Positions 39,198 to 49,285 of a DNA stretch of 64,000 nt are shown here, piece after piece. Numbering within the stretch: position 1 is the stretch's first letter; each line of letters begins with the position of its first letter. Where the stretch lies: NCBI GenBank assembly GCA_965249485.1, contig OZ252239.1:2592001-2656000 (forward strand), in the 5' to 3' direction. Below the pieces are notes generated by a model. It was not told the origin of the DNA and ran no database searches. It saw nothing but the letters and a program-made list of their open reading frames with translations. The translations under genes and the position numbers were made by a program. This DNA is from a bacterium (GTDB lineage: Bacteria > SM23-31).

Positions 39198-40634
39198 TCA
39201 GAAGATAAGCTCAATTTTCTCATTTGGCGGCTGAAGCCATTCAACTCCCCTGTTGGATATAATTTGAACATTGCAAACATTTATTGAAAGTGGAAAACCG
39301 GGTCTTTCAGGAAGATTCGTATGTACCATATATTCAAATGCGAAAAAATTATTTTCCTGGATCACCAAATGATGCCGATCCGGTCTAAATGGTGACATAG
39401 AAGGCCCGATACGATTTATTATGTCGGAATCGCCATCATTCCGATTATTACCAAAAGCATGATTGTCAATGGAAAATCCTGACTTATTAGTATTAGCAAG
39501 TGCTTTCTGTACTATCAAATCGTCTTTGCCATCATCGTTAAAAGGAGTATATATATAACCTGCCTCTTCCATGGCTTGGACCATGGCATCCAAAGACTCC
39601 CCTGCAGTCATACCGACTCTCATATGCGGCCACATAATCCATTGCCCTGCTATTGCCTGATCATAGGCATATTGAATACTCTCAGGAGCACGTGTTTCCC
39701 CTTCTCTCAGAATATATACATACGTTTTCGTATCTGTCCCAAAGTCCATATATCTAGTTGGAGCGCCCATGTAAAAGAAATCACCACGCTGTAATACATA
39801 GTGAGGAGAACGTGAATCAGAACGATCTGAAACAGCAGAATAGAGGATGTTTGGGCCTCCTGCACTCGTGCTATATCCTGTTAAGTGCTGCTTATATGCC
39901 TCCTCCCTCGTCCACCAGCCAACATCCTCTATTGTTGTTACACCCGGCATGATAAGCGTTAACGCTCTTTCAACAATCTGTCGGCGTATCTCCAACGTAT
40001 TGGTCAGAGCTGTAACTTCCCTGAGAACTCTTCTTGCCAGAAATTCAGAAATGACATTCTCTGCGGACACAATCCTCTGAGAATATTTTGGTCCTAATAT
40101 TTTTTCCAATTTCAAATATTCAGTATGTGAGATTCCATCTGCTGAAGATATCCATGAGGAATAATTTACAGCAATCGTTTTCGGGTCACGTTCGGCAACA
40201 AATTCCGTTAATTCGTCATAGATTGAGAAGTCCAGAGTTCCATAATCATAACCTCTAACAGCGCGAGTTATTTCCAGAGAGCCGTATACGTCAATTTTTT
40301 CAACTGCTCCTGCTCCACCAAACACAGCCCGCTCGATTCTGTCACCACGATCGGTAAAAATTAAATAACCCGAGGTTGATCCAAATTGTGGAACCAGCGG
40401 GTCAGGATCTCCGGGACGTGTGACATGAATCCACATGTCCACAGCACTGTCACGCATCGCTCCTGGCAGAATAAGGTCAAGTTTTTGGTTTCTCATCTGA
40501 CGAAGAATTTCTCCGCCGGCTCTTGATGAATTCACTCCTGGCTGCGCAAAAGCGAAAGATACTGTGAATTGTGCTGAGAGCACGAATAGACCAGCCAAAA
40601 GCATTGCTTTGGTAAAGATGCTTTCTTTACGCAT
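39198..40634 (-). CDS. Secreted M24/Xaa-Pro peptidase-like protein, paralog 3
   Basis: Same motifs as 27857-29236 and 29643-31010. Confidence 0.75.
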   Translation of the reverse strand: MRKESIFTKAMLLAGLFVLSAQFTVSFAFAQPGVNSSRAGGEILRQMRNQKLDLILPGAMRDSAVDMWIHVTRPGDPDPLVPQFGSTSGYLIFTDRGDRIERAVFGGAGAVEKIDVYGSLEITRAVRGYDYGTLDFSIYDELTEFVAERDPKTIAVNYSSWISSADGISHTEYLKLEKILGPKYSQRIVSAENVISEFLARRVLREVTALTNTLEIRRQIVERALTLIMPGVTTIEDVGWWTREEAYKQHLTGYSTSAGGPNILYSAVSDRSDSRSPHYVLQRGDFFYMGAPTRYMDFGTDTKTYVYILREGETRAPESIQYAYDQAIAGQWIMWPHMRVGMTAGESLDAMVQAMEEAGYIYTPFNDDGKDDLIVQKALANTNKSGFSIDNHAFGNNRNDGDSDIINRIGPSMSPFRPDRHHLVIQENNFFAFEYMVHTNLPERPGFPLSINVCNVQIISNRGVEWLQPPNEKIELIF

Positions 40635-40979
40635 AGCAGCCTCCTTTGTGTAATGATTTATGTGGATATTATCGGTATTAATTACGGAATGATATCAGCA
40701 AAAGTAAATGAAAGGGTGAATGCAAAAATATAGTAAGAAATCTACCGTATAACAATTAAAATTATTTTTTCAATATACTTCTATGTAATCATATGAAAAC
40801 TCTAATTTGTATTGTGAATATAAGCAAAAAAATCGTAATTCGCACAGCACTTTGAACAGAAATCGCTTGTAAATGCTAAATGTATCTCTTAATTTTCAAT
40901 TTGACATGTCATTTTAGCTCCGTTGACACACATTATCTGCCCAACCAATTTGCAGCACTAACCAATTAACGAGGATACT

Positions 40980-42398
40980 ATGAAATTATCAAAATTGTTT
41001 TCTCTCATTTTACTTATAAAATTGTTATTGATCCCAATGAACGCCCAGGGAGCGGATGATCTTATAACAATTCTTACTAATTGTAATGTGATCGATTGCA
41101 CCGGAAATCCTGTACAGGAAAATATGACCGTCATTATTACCGGAAATACAATTACCTCGATCAGTACCGGCGGATACTCACTTTCCCCTCAGGCGAAAAA
41201 TACTAACGTTATCGATTTGGATGGTGCGTATGTTCTTCCCGGCTTTTGGAACATGCACACACATTTGACTGATCTCATGCCCCCAAACAGTGCGCTGAAT
41301 GACGAAGGAATAGCATCAAAAGTTATCCGTGCCGGGTTGAACGCACAGGACGGTCTGCGGCATGGATTCACTTCTCTACGTTCTGCAGGTGAAGATGAAT
41401 ACATAGATGTGACCTGGAGAGGAATATTTGATCAGGGTTTTTACCTGGGACCTCGAATTTTTGCCAGCGGACCTGCGGTTTCCCCTACCGCCGGACACAG
41501 AGGCAGTGTAACCAATGGGGCTGATGGAGTTGGTGAAGTGAGAAAAGCGGTACGTGAACGAATCCTGAACGGTGCCAATGCGATAAAAATAATGAGTCTG
41601 GAAATGCACCCTGATGAACTCGAGGCTGCTGTAGAGACCGCTCACAGCTTTGGAATTCATGTACTTGCGCATTCCCGCGAACCCGGAACCTACAAAGCTG
41701 TTGCGGCAGGTGTTGATTGTATTGAACATGGGTATAAATTGACGGATGAGACAATTGCTCTCATGGTTGAAAAAGGGACATTTTACGATCCGACCATCAA
41801 CTGCAATTTGAGCGAACAATATATTAAAGAGATGCAGATGAGGTTGGAAAAGTTGGGTTATTCCGACGATGAGCTTGTCGTAAAAGTCCGCAATGCTGCG
41901 ACCTACGCGGACGAAAGAACTCCCGAACACGCCATGCATCAGCGGCAGGCTCTCAAAAAGGCGGCCGATGCCGGTGTGAAGCTTTTGATAGGAGCAGATT
42001 CTACGCCTATTGGCGAGATCAGCACTCTGGAAATGGAGGAATATGTTGCTGCAGGTGTCAGCGAGATGCAAACTCTTATAGCTGCTACCCGTAACGGCGC
42101 AGAAATGTTAGGCGTTCTGGACAAACTTGGAACGGTCGAAGAAGGTAAACTGGCAGATCTCGTGATTCTTGCAGATAATCCTTTAGACAATATTTCCAAC
42201 ATCAGGAAAATAAAAATGGTCTTCAAAGACGGTGTTTCAGTGGATTTGGAACATCCTCTTGGGACGATTCCATATCTGCAATACTATGAAACATCGGGAT
42301 TTCAAAAAATTGAGCATATTGACTCTTATTTTAAGTCAGGTGCTCTTGAGAATCCTACAGGTCATAGAAAAACTTTGGCAGAAGGACGTAAAAAATAA
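40980..42398 (+). CDS. Secreted amidohydrolase (prolidase-like)
   Basis: PGFWNMHTH, LAH, IEHG, GADS and GKLADLVIL. Confidence 0.88.
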   Translation: MKLSKLFSLILLIKLLLIPMNAQGADDLITILTNCNVIDCTGNPVQENMTVIITGNTITSISTGGYSLSPQAKNTNVIDLDGAYVLPGFWNMHTHLTDLMPPNSALNDEGIASKVIRAGLNAQDGLRHGFTSLRSAGEDEYIDVTWRGIFDQGFYLGPRIFASGPAVSPTAGHRGSVTNGADGVGEVRKAVRERILNGANAIKIMSLEMHPDELEAAVETAHSFGIHVLAHSREPGTYKAVAAGVDCIEHGYKLTDETIALMVEKGTFYDPTINCNLSEQYIKEMQMRLEKLGYSDDELVVKVRNAATYADERTPEHAMHQRQALKKAADAGVKLLIGADSTPIGEISTLEMEEYVAAGVSEMQTLIAATRNGAEMLGVLDKLGTVEEGKLADLVILADNPLDNISNIRKIKMVFKDGVSVDLEHPLGTIPYLQYYETSGFQKIEHIDSYFKSGALENPTGHRKTLAEGRKK

Positions 42399-42667
42399 TT
42401 CCCGGTAATCAAGAATGTATGTGAGTACGTTAACCACAACGGTAGTTGATAACCTATTGTATCCAGTGTATGTACAACTCAATCTATCAAAAAATAGATA
42501 ATTCTTGCAAATGATGATCGATTATCTTAATCTTTAACTATAATTGTTATTCATTTCCTTCGATATACACCATTTATTAAAAATACCCAATATTCTCAAT
42601 GATTTCTTTCGTGAAAGCGTATTCGAATATGTCGCCTTTATCAAAATACTTTAAAGGAGATTATTAA

Positions 42668-44302
42668 ATGTTCAAATGCAACAAAATTGCCGTCGCTCTT
42701 ATCTTTCTCTTCAATCAAACTCTTTTTTACTGCACTGCAGAAACAGGTAGACCTAATACAGCAGCAAGTGGCTCCTACACAGAACTTTTAAGTTTGTTTA
42801 ATGAATTTCGTGAGTTTCAACAGCTGAATAGTGAAAATGATGTCCCCGATTACACCTCAGCAACTATGGAAAATCAGTACAGTGATCTGAAATCATTTCA
42901 AAGCCGCTTGGTTGCAATTGACCCCGGCAATTGGTCGGTCTCGGATCAAATCGATTATCACCTGGTCCGTGCTGAGATGAATGGGCTTGAATTTCAGCAT
43001 CGGGTACTCCGCCCATGGTCGCGCGATCCCAGCTTCTATCTGCAACAAGCACCCAGGATACCACAGAACCTGAAATTTCCTCTCCAGGGGGATGAACTTA
43101 CCGAATTTAAGGCAAGACTTCTTGCTATTCCGGAATTTTATAATCAAGCAAAGATGAATATGAAAGATTTGGCAATGGTAGCCGGAGATTTGGCAATATT
43201 TACCATTCACGATATGGAGGAAAGTGATTCTCCCTTTCCTGATTTGGTGGACCGGCTGACTGAGTTTCATCCAGATCTGGTTATCGATGCACAAAACGCA
43301 CAGAGTGCAATTGACGACTACCTGACTTGGCTTAAAAATAATCAGGGAAAAATGACTACATCAGCAGGTGTTGGGATTGAAAACTACAACTGGATGATGA
43401 AAAACATTTATCTTTTTCCCTATACCTGGAATGAAATTCGATCAATCGTGGAGCTCGAAGATAATCGCGTTATCACGTTTCAAAAACTCGAAGAAAATAG
43501 AAATCGCAACCTCCCTCCGCTTACACCTGTAGCATCCGCAGAAGAACGTCGCCGCAGTGTTCTCAATTCCATCGAGCGTGTTATGAATTTCATCAGAGAT
43601 GAGAAGATTTTTACGGTTCAGGATTATATTGTTGTAGATAACTATCTACAAGGCAGAATGCGATCCACGGGTAGACCGTGGCCAGAAAAGCATGACTACT
43701 TCCGCAATTTTTCACACCGCGAATCACTCATGGAAGAAACGCATGAGATGGTAGGACACAACTTTGATGTATTACGGCAGCAGAATGACGGCAGGCCGAT
43801 CCGGGGAGCACGTGAACATGAAGGTCCATACGATATCGCTGCTGCCCGCTTAGAGGGATTGGCTTTCGCTTTTGAAGAACTTCTGATGCACGCAGGATAT
43901 CTTGATGAGCGCCCGAGGAGAGCACGAGAAGTTGCCTATGAACAGGCGGCCTTTCGCACGATACGTGCCACCGCAGACGTGTATATGCATAGCGGAGAAT
44001 GGAGCCTGACGGAAGCAATGGAGTACGCTGTCGCTAATGCACCACATGGTGAATTACTTGACGATAGCCCTCATTTATGGAATGAAATGAAAACTACCCT
44101 GCGCCATGTTGGCTGGCACGCTCAAATGGTTGTTGGTAAAGTTCATTTCATGAAGTTATTCAGGGACAGAGCACAACAGCTGGGCAACGATTTTATCCTG
44201 CGTGAATTTATGGATGAGTTCTATGCTGCTGGTGTGATTCCCGTGTCACTAATCCGATGGGAAATGACCGGGTATGACGACGAAATTAATAAGTTATGGT
44301 AA
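42668..44302 (+). CDS. DUF885-like secreted protein
   Basis: THEMVGH, EGLAFAFEE and LREFMDEF...G..P.SLIRWE. Confidence 0.75.
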   Translation: MFKCNKIAVALIFLFNQTLFYCTAETGRPNTAASGSYTELLSLFNEFREFQQLNSENDVPDYTSATMENQYSDLKSFQSRLVAIDPGNWSVSDQIDYHLVRAEMNGLEFQHRVLRPWSRDPSFYLQQAPRIPQNLKFPLQGDELTEFKARLLAIPEFYNQAKMNMKDLAMVAGDLAIFTIHDMEESDSPFPDLVDRLTEFHPDLVIDAQNAQSAIDDYLTWLKNNQGKMTTSAGVGIENYNWMMKNIYLFPYTWNEIRSIVELEDNRVITFQKLEENRNRNLPPLTPVASAEERRRSVLNSIERVMNFIRDEKIFTVQDYIVVDNYLQGRMRSTGRPWPEKHDYFRNFSHRESLMEETHEMVGHNFDVLRQQNDGRPIRGAREHEGPYDIAAARLEGLAFAFEELLMHAGYLDERPRRAREVAYEQAAFRTIRATADVYMHSGEWSLTEAMEYAVANAPHGELLDDSPHLWNEMKTTLRHVGWHAQMVVGKVHFMKLFRDRAQQLGNDFILREFMDEFYAAGVIPVSLIRWEMTGYDDEINKLW

Positions 44303-44348
44303 AAATGTATAAAAAAATTATTGAACAATTCTCAAAAGGAGGTAAAAA

Positions 44349-45575
44349 ATGATATTTCGAGTCACGATTTTTTTGATATCTATGTTCTTCACAGTACCAC
44401 TTGCTAATGCACAAGGTGTTACGTTACCCGATATTGACATCTCTGGTTCCCCCAATGGAATTGTACTGTTGCCCGAGAATACACCATCCATATTTACCGA
44501 TGTGTTTGTTAAATACACGAAAATTATCGCTCCCAACGGTAAACCGATTCATTTTCTTATTCAGGATGCCTGGTCGGATGATAAGATTCTAAAGGCCAGG
44601 AATATCATGGAACACTTTCTTGCTGATTATCCCTACTCAAAATATGGCAATAGTAAAGCTGCTGTTGCAAATGCCATGTCAGACAGAAAATCGACCATGA
44701 CTCTGTTTAACTCCTCCTCCGCTGCCCGTGACGGTTCGTTCTTGAGGAGTGCAACCGATCTTGCAACACAAAGTCTATGGGAAAATGAGACAACAGCCGA
44801 AGGCAGTGGAGATTACATGAACCAAATCACTCGAGATGCAGCGTATGAAGAAGTTCTACATATAGTGCAGCGCAGAGGTATTATGAATGCCATGCCAAAA
44901 TACCAGGAGAAGATCGCAGCAGCACATGCAGCTTATGCAGCAGCGGGAAAATATACTCCTGATGCATCTCATAATGTTCCGAATGAATATTTTGCTCAAC
45001 AGCATGATGTATACCTCGATCTTTGGGTAGTACAACCGAAAAAATGGGAAGGCAGAGATCTTCAGCCCGGAGAAATGGTTGAAGGTACTGCTCATGGAAG
45101 ACAAAATGTTGCAAATACTCGTGCCCGCCTATTGGAAGCAGACCCGACTGCATATGACCTTGTATCGAATTTCTTTCATCCCTATCTGACCTATACGCCA
45201 CTCTTACCAATAGATTTTACAGGCACCTTCTCTATTGAACTTGATCCTCGACTAATTTATACATATAAATCACAGCACCTCAAAAGTGTAACATTGCGAG
45301 GTAGTATTGATGCGAATCTTACAGGGAATACCTATGACAATGTTTTGACAGGCAACACTGGAAATAATATGCTGAAAGGTGGCAAAGGGGACGACCAACT
45401 CTTTGGTGGCGCAGGAAATGATACAGCAATATTTTCGGGTACTGATGAGGATTATACAATTACAATAAATGATGGACATATTTCAGTCTGCGATAAACGT
45501 GTAAACCAGGATGGTAGTGACAACCTAATCAATATTGAATTTCTGCAATTCAGCAATAAGAATGTTAAATTATAG
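44349..45575 (+). CDS. Secreted zincin-like protein with C-terminal RTX-type repeats
   Basis: Signal peptide; YEEVLH...EYFA; GGKGDDQLFGGAGND repeats. Confidence 0.6.
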   Translation: MIFRVTIFLISMFFTVPLANAQGVTLPDIDISGSPNGIVLLPENTPSIFTDVFVKYTKIIAPNGKPIHFLIQDAWSDDKILKARNIMEHFLADYPYSKYGNSKAAVANAMSDRKSTMTLFNSSSAARDGSFLRSATDLATQSLWENETTAEGSGDYMNQITRDAAYEEVLHIVQRRGIMNAMPKYQEKIAAAHAAYAAAGKYTPDASHNVPNEYFAQQHDVYLDLWVVQPKKWEGRDLQPGEMVEGTAHGRQNVANTRARLLEADPTAYDLVSNFFHPYLTYTPLLPIDFTGTFSIELDPRLIYTYKSQHLKSVTLRGSIDANLTGNTYDNVLTGNTGNNMLKGGKGDDQLFGGAGNDTAIFSGTDEDYTITINDGHISVCDKRVNQDGSDNLINIEFLQFSNKNVKL

Positions 45576-45672
45576 ACTTTAATAAACGGCTTATGTGATT
45601 TTCGCTATATTTTTAAATCTAATAATATGAGATTTTCTAAATAACATTATTAAATAAAGGTATGAGAATACG

Positions 45673-46266
45673 ATGGAAAGACTTTCGTCCTCACAGGGAT
45701 TAGTGATAAGTCAAAAAAAGGAATGGGGAGAAATACTAACTAGTTTTGAGACAAAAAATAAATATGCTGTTCTGGATACTTTGGGCAATGAATTATACTA
45801 TGCTGTAGAAGAAGGTGGTTCAATCATTGCCCGCTGGCTTTTAAAATCTCTCCGTCCATTTGAAATCATGGTCCGTACATTCGATAACGTGGATGTATTG
45901 CGGGTGGCAAGGCCGTTTCGGTTTTACTTTCACGAATTAGAAGTGTTTGATGCAAATAATATACAAATTGGTAAAATAGTACGGCAGTTTTCTTTATTGC
46001 GGCGAATTTATACTGTTTTTGATAATTTAGGGCAAGAATCGTATCTGCTTTTTGGGCCAATCCTACATCCATGGACATTTGAAATAAAAAAAGGTGACAC
46101 TGAGATCGGGAAAATCACAAAAAAGTGGAGTGGTGTGTTGAAAGAAGGATTTACTGATGCAGACAATTTCGGAATTACTTTTCCTGTTGATGCAGACTCA
46201 AAGGCGAAGACACTCTTGCTTGGAGCCGTTTTTCTGATTGATTTTGTGCATTTCGAGAAAAAATAA
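45673..46266 (+). CDS. Phospholipid scramblase / tubby-like family protein
   Basis: FETKNKY, IGKITKKWSG, DADNFGITFP and KTLLLGAVFLID. Confidence 0.85.
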   Translation: MERLSSSQGLVISQKKEWGEILTSFETKNKYAVLDTLGNELYYAVEEGGSIIARWLLKSLRPFEIMVRTFDNVDVLRVARPFRFYFHELEVFDANNIQIGKIVRQFSLLRRIYTVFDNLGQESYLLFGPILHPWTFEIKKGDTEIGKITKKWSGVLKEGFTDADNFGITFPVDADSKAKTLLLGAVFLIDFVHFEKK

Positions 46267-46370
46267 AATAGGAATAAAAATATAGATATTTTGAAGATTA
46301 GAAAGATTTTTTAGAATTATTTATTTGTTACTTTATCAATGGATTCACAGTATTCTCAATCCACCTTTAG

Positions 46371-46443
46371 TGGAGCTGAACGGGATCGAACCGTCGACCT
46401 CTTGACTGCCAGTCAAGCGCTCTCCCATCTGAGCTACAGCCCC
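46371..46443 (-). tRNA. tRNA-Ala(GGC)
   Basis: GGGGCTGTAGCTCAG...CTTGA-CTGGCAG-TCAAG; G3-U70 pair. Confidence 0.96.
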
Positions 46444-46509
46444 GGAAGTATTAAATATACAATTTAATTCATTTAATTTCAAGCGCGAAATAATGAACTT
46501 TTAAACAGA

Positions 46510-48438
46510 TTAATTGCGGAAATCCCACGTCAATCCAAGTCGAACCCGCTTATTAGGAATTGCATATCCCCATGCATACTGATAATTGCTCCTGCTAAGC
46601 AGATCGATTTCATAAAAAAACGTCAATGTTTGAAAGCGCGCAATCCCTCGTCCTTTTAATCCAAAAACAGATGGAGTTTTCAAATTTGTATGTGCATATT
46701 GTTGCAATAGTGGTAAAAAAGTCAATTGGCTCCTATTGCTTATAAAAAAAGCTGTAATATTTATTTTTGTATCAATCATTTTAGAGGTAACGAAATCTTC
46801 AAGGTTATTAAAACTTAATTTTACAAATGCTGAGTGTTCGGGAGCAAATATTTCAGATTGATTTCCGCCCTGATAGGTGTAATGTGCTTTTAAAGATCTA
46901 TACGGATTCATATTGTTTGTATATTCTATCGCAAACCCATGATTACGCACTGATGCGCCAGTATTTACTGATACATCAGTAAGAATACTGTCACCTAAAG
47001 CGTTCGTATCTAAAAACAGTGAAATTGATTTATTTGTGTCATAATAAAATGGTTTAATTTGAATTGTACTATTCTTAAAGTATTTCTTTAGGTTTAACTC
47101 ATAACGGTTTGTTATATAATGTGTATCCTCCAATCCTAAGGCGGATTTTTCGGTCAATAAATATTTTTCAGCAGCAGTTTGAAATCGACCAGTTCTTGAA
47201 TAACTGAAGTCTGCTTCAAGATTTGAATCACTCTTATATAATAATTGAAATCTGCCAAATATCGGCAGATCATTCTGATTTCGTTTGAAACCTATGGATG
47301 GATTAATGATATAAGAATAATTGCTATTTAAAATACCTTCAATCTCCAAAAATGCGTTGCCAGCAAATTTTCTGTTGAGATTGTTCCAATATGTACTGAA
47401 AACTCGTGTTGAATGAGCATTTAATCTGAATCGCATAGAATAATTTTGACTTTTTGCTAGAGATGCATCATATATCAGCCCCGACTTCATATCTCTATTC
47501 ATAAAATCATCATTATAAATTAGTGATCCACGCGCATTGTCTTTAATATCCCAATAGTACAAAAGTAATTTGTTTTTCATGCGTGTCTTCTTTTCAGATA
47601 GCTCTAAAGTAGTCATTTTGACATTGTGACTATGTGGCATTCTTTTTAAAGCACTCAATGAATCATTCGGAAACACAATAACTTCACGGGCGTTTCGGTC
47701 TGAAGACAAAAAGGTGACTGACACATCAAATTGGTTAAACGGCCGGCTTAAATTTAACCATATGTTCGATCCTCTATAGCGATTATCTAATTTCTGGTCG
47801 GGAAAACGTTCTGTTCCACCGGTACCAATGAGAGAAATTCCTTTAAATATTTTTCTCGCAAGGGTGATATCAACATGCCGCCAGGCAAAATCACCTACTC
47901 TATAATTGACCTGTGAAAAAGGTATATCAGGAGCGTTAGTTTTTGTATTGAGATATACTGGTTTGAATTTATTCGAATTATAGGTGGAGGAGTCCTGCTC
48001 AAATTCAGTTCTTTCAATAGCATAAAAGGGAATATCATGCCAATTCCATGTACCGTATGATTCTGTTTCAAGAGGAATTCCATTCAAAAAAGGAATAACG
48101 GATTCTTTGGAAATTCCCAAATATCCCAAGCTGGAGAACTGCCCCAAACTACCCAAATCGAAAAGGTTAAAACCTGGCACTTGATTAAAAGGATCAGCAA
48201 TTTCCTCTGCGTTAAGGGCAATAATGTCTGAATCTGAAAGAAAATATGAATACTCATTTGTGTGTTCAATTGAATCAATATAAACGATAGTACTATCTTC
48301 AAGCGTTAAATTAGGATTTTCTTGGGCAAGAGCGAGGGAAGAAAAGGGAGATACAAATAAAAAAGTAATGTTTGAAATGAGTGTCAGGAATCGATTCATA
48401 CCTATTTCGGCTAAGAACATACAGTCAGTATACAGCAA
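46510..48438 (-). CDS. Outer-membrane beta-barrel with a TonB-plug-like N-terminus (putative porin or receptor)
   Basis: Plug-like VPG...LNGIP...IER; alternating beta strands; ends RLGLTWDFRN. Confidence 0.65.
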   Translation of the reverse strand: MLYTDCMFLAEIGMNRFLTLISNITFLFVSPFSSLALAQENPNLTLEDSTIVYIDSIEHTNEYSYFLSDSDIIALNAEEIADPFNQVPGFNLFDLGSLGQFSSLGYLGISKESVIPFLNGIPLETESYGTWNWHDIPFYAIERTEFEQDSSTYNSNKFKPVYLNTKTNAPDIPFSQVNYRVGDFAWRHVDITLARKIFKGISLIGTGGTERFPDQKLDNRYRGSNIWLNLSRPFNQFDVSVTFLSSDRNAREVIVFPNDSLSALKRMPHSHNVKMTTLELSEKKTRMKNKLLLYYWDIKDNARGSLIYNDDFMNRDMKSGLIYDASLAKSQNYSMRFRLNAHSTRVFSTYWNNLNRKFAGNAFLEIEGILNSNYSYIINPSIGFKRNQNDLPIFGRFQLLYKSDSNLEADFSYSRTGRFQTAAEKYLLTEKSALGLEDTHYITNRYELNLKKYFKNSTIQIKPFYYDTNKSISLFLDTNALGDSILTDVSVNTGASVRNHGFAIEYTNNMNPYRSLKAHYTYQGGNQSEIFAPEHSAFVKLSFNNLEDFVTSKMIDTKINITAFFISNRSQLTFLPLLQQYAHTNLKTPSVFGLKGRGIARFQTLTFFYEIDLLSRSNYQYAWGYAIPNKRVRLGLTWDFRN

Positions 48439-48460
48439 TTATGCTAAAGTATAACAAAAA

Positions 48461-49285
48461 TTAACGTAAAAAGCTATTTCTGTATTCGATCCTGATTTCA
48501 CGTCCGAAGTTTTTATTGTTCTTTGTGTTCTCAAATAAGTTTTTGAAATAAAAGCTTAAATTAAAATTTGGGGACACAAAAAAACGGTAACCAATATTAA
48601 AATACCCTTTATTTGATCCGATTGAGAGATCTTCATTATCATTAAGTCCGAGATCGTACTCGAGAAGAACTTCTCCAACCGTTTTTGTTGCAATATTAGC
48701 AGCTGCAAACAAATTCAGATCTTTATCATCATCATCTCGTTCAAAGCTTATGTTTGCACCCACATGTACTCCAAAGTTGCCGAGCGGCCCAATATAATTT
48801 CTGCTTCCGACAATATACAAACCGCGTGATTTAATTGAGTATCTGTCTGTCTGGTCGAAATAACCGCCATAACCCTGGGTGGAAACTCCAACTGCTATCC
48901 CGGGAAGTAGTAGATTTTCATCTATTATTCGCAGACGGACATCAACCCCAATTTGAGGATTCCAGTTCACACTGCCTTCTCCGATGAGATTTTCCCCACC
49001 ATAGTAAATAACAGCTAAAAACCGCTCAAACAATCCGACTGAAAAATCTGACAGGACACCCCCGTTGGGATAAACTCTTAACCCTAATCCAAAATCACCA
49101 TGGCTCATAGTTCCGGCAACAGGAAGGTCTATAACTTCTCTCGGAAGTACTGCTCGCTCCTCCGATTCACCTTCTTGGGCATAGGCAGCATTCATTAAGA
49201 TTAGCGTAATAAGTGCAATTTTCAATGACAGTCCAAATGGGATCGTGAATTTGCGCATATTATAAACTCGCAAGTGCTTTTTCAA
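48461..49285 (-). CDS. YjbH-like outer-membrane beta-barrel protein
   Basis: Signal peptide, IDLPVAG, PGIAVG, GLYIVGSR and amphipathic strands. Confidence 0.6.
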   Translation of the reverse strand: MKKHLRVYNMRKFTIPFGLSLKIALITLILMNAAYAQEGESEERAVLPREVIDLPVAGTMSHGDFGLGLRVYPNGGVLSDFSVGLFERFLAVIYYGGENLIGEGSVNWNPQIGVDVRLRIIDENLLLPGIAVGVSTQGYGGYFDQTDRYSIKSRGLYIVGSRNYIGPLGNFGVHVGANISFERDDDDKDLNLFAAANIATKTVGEVLLEYDLGLNDNEDLSIGSNKGYFNIGYRFFVSPNFNLSFYFKNLFENTKNNKNFGREIRIEYRNSFLR

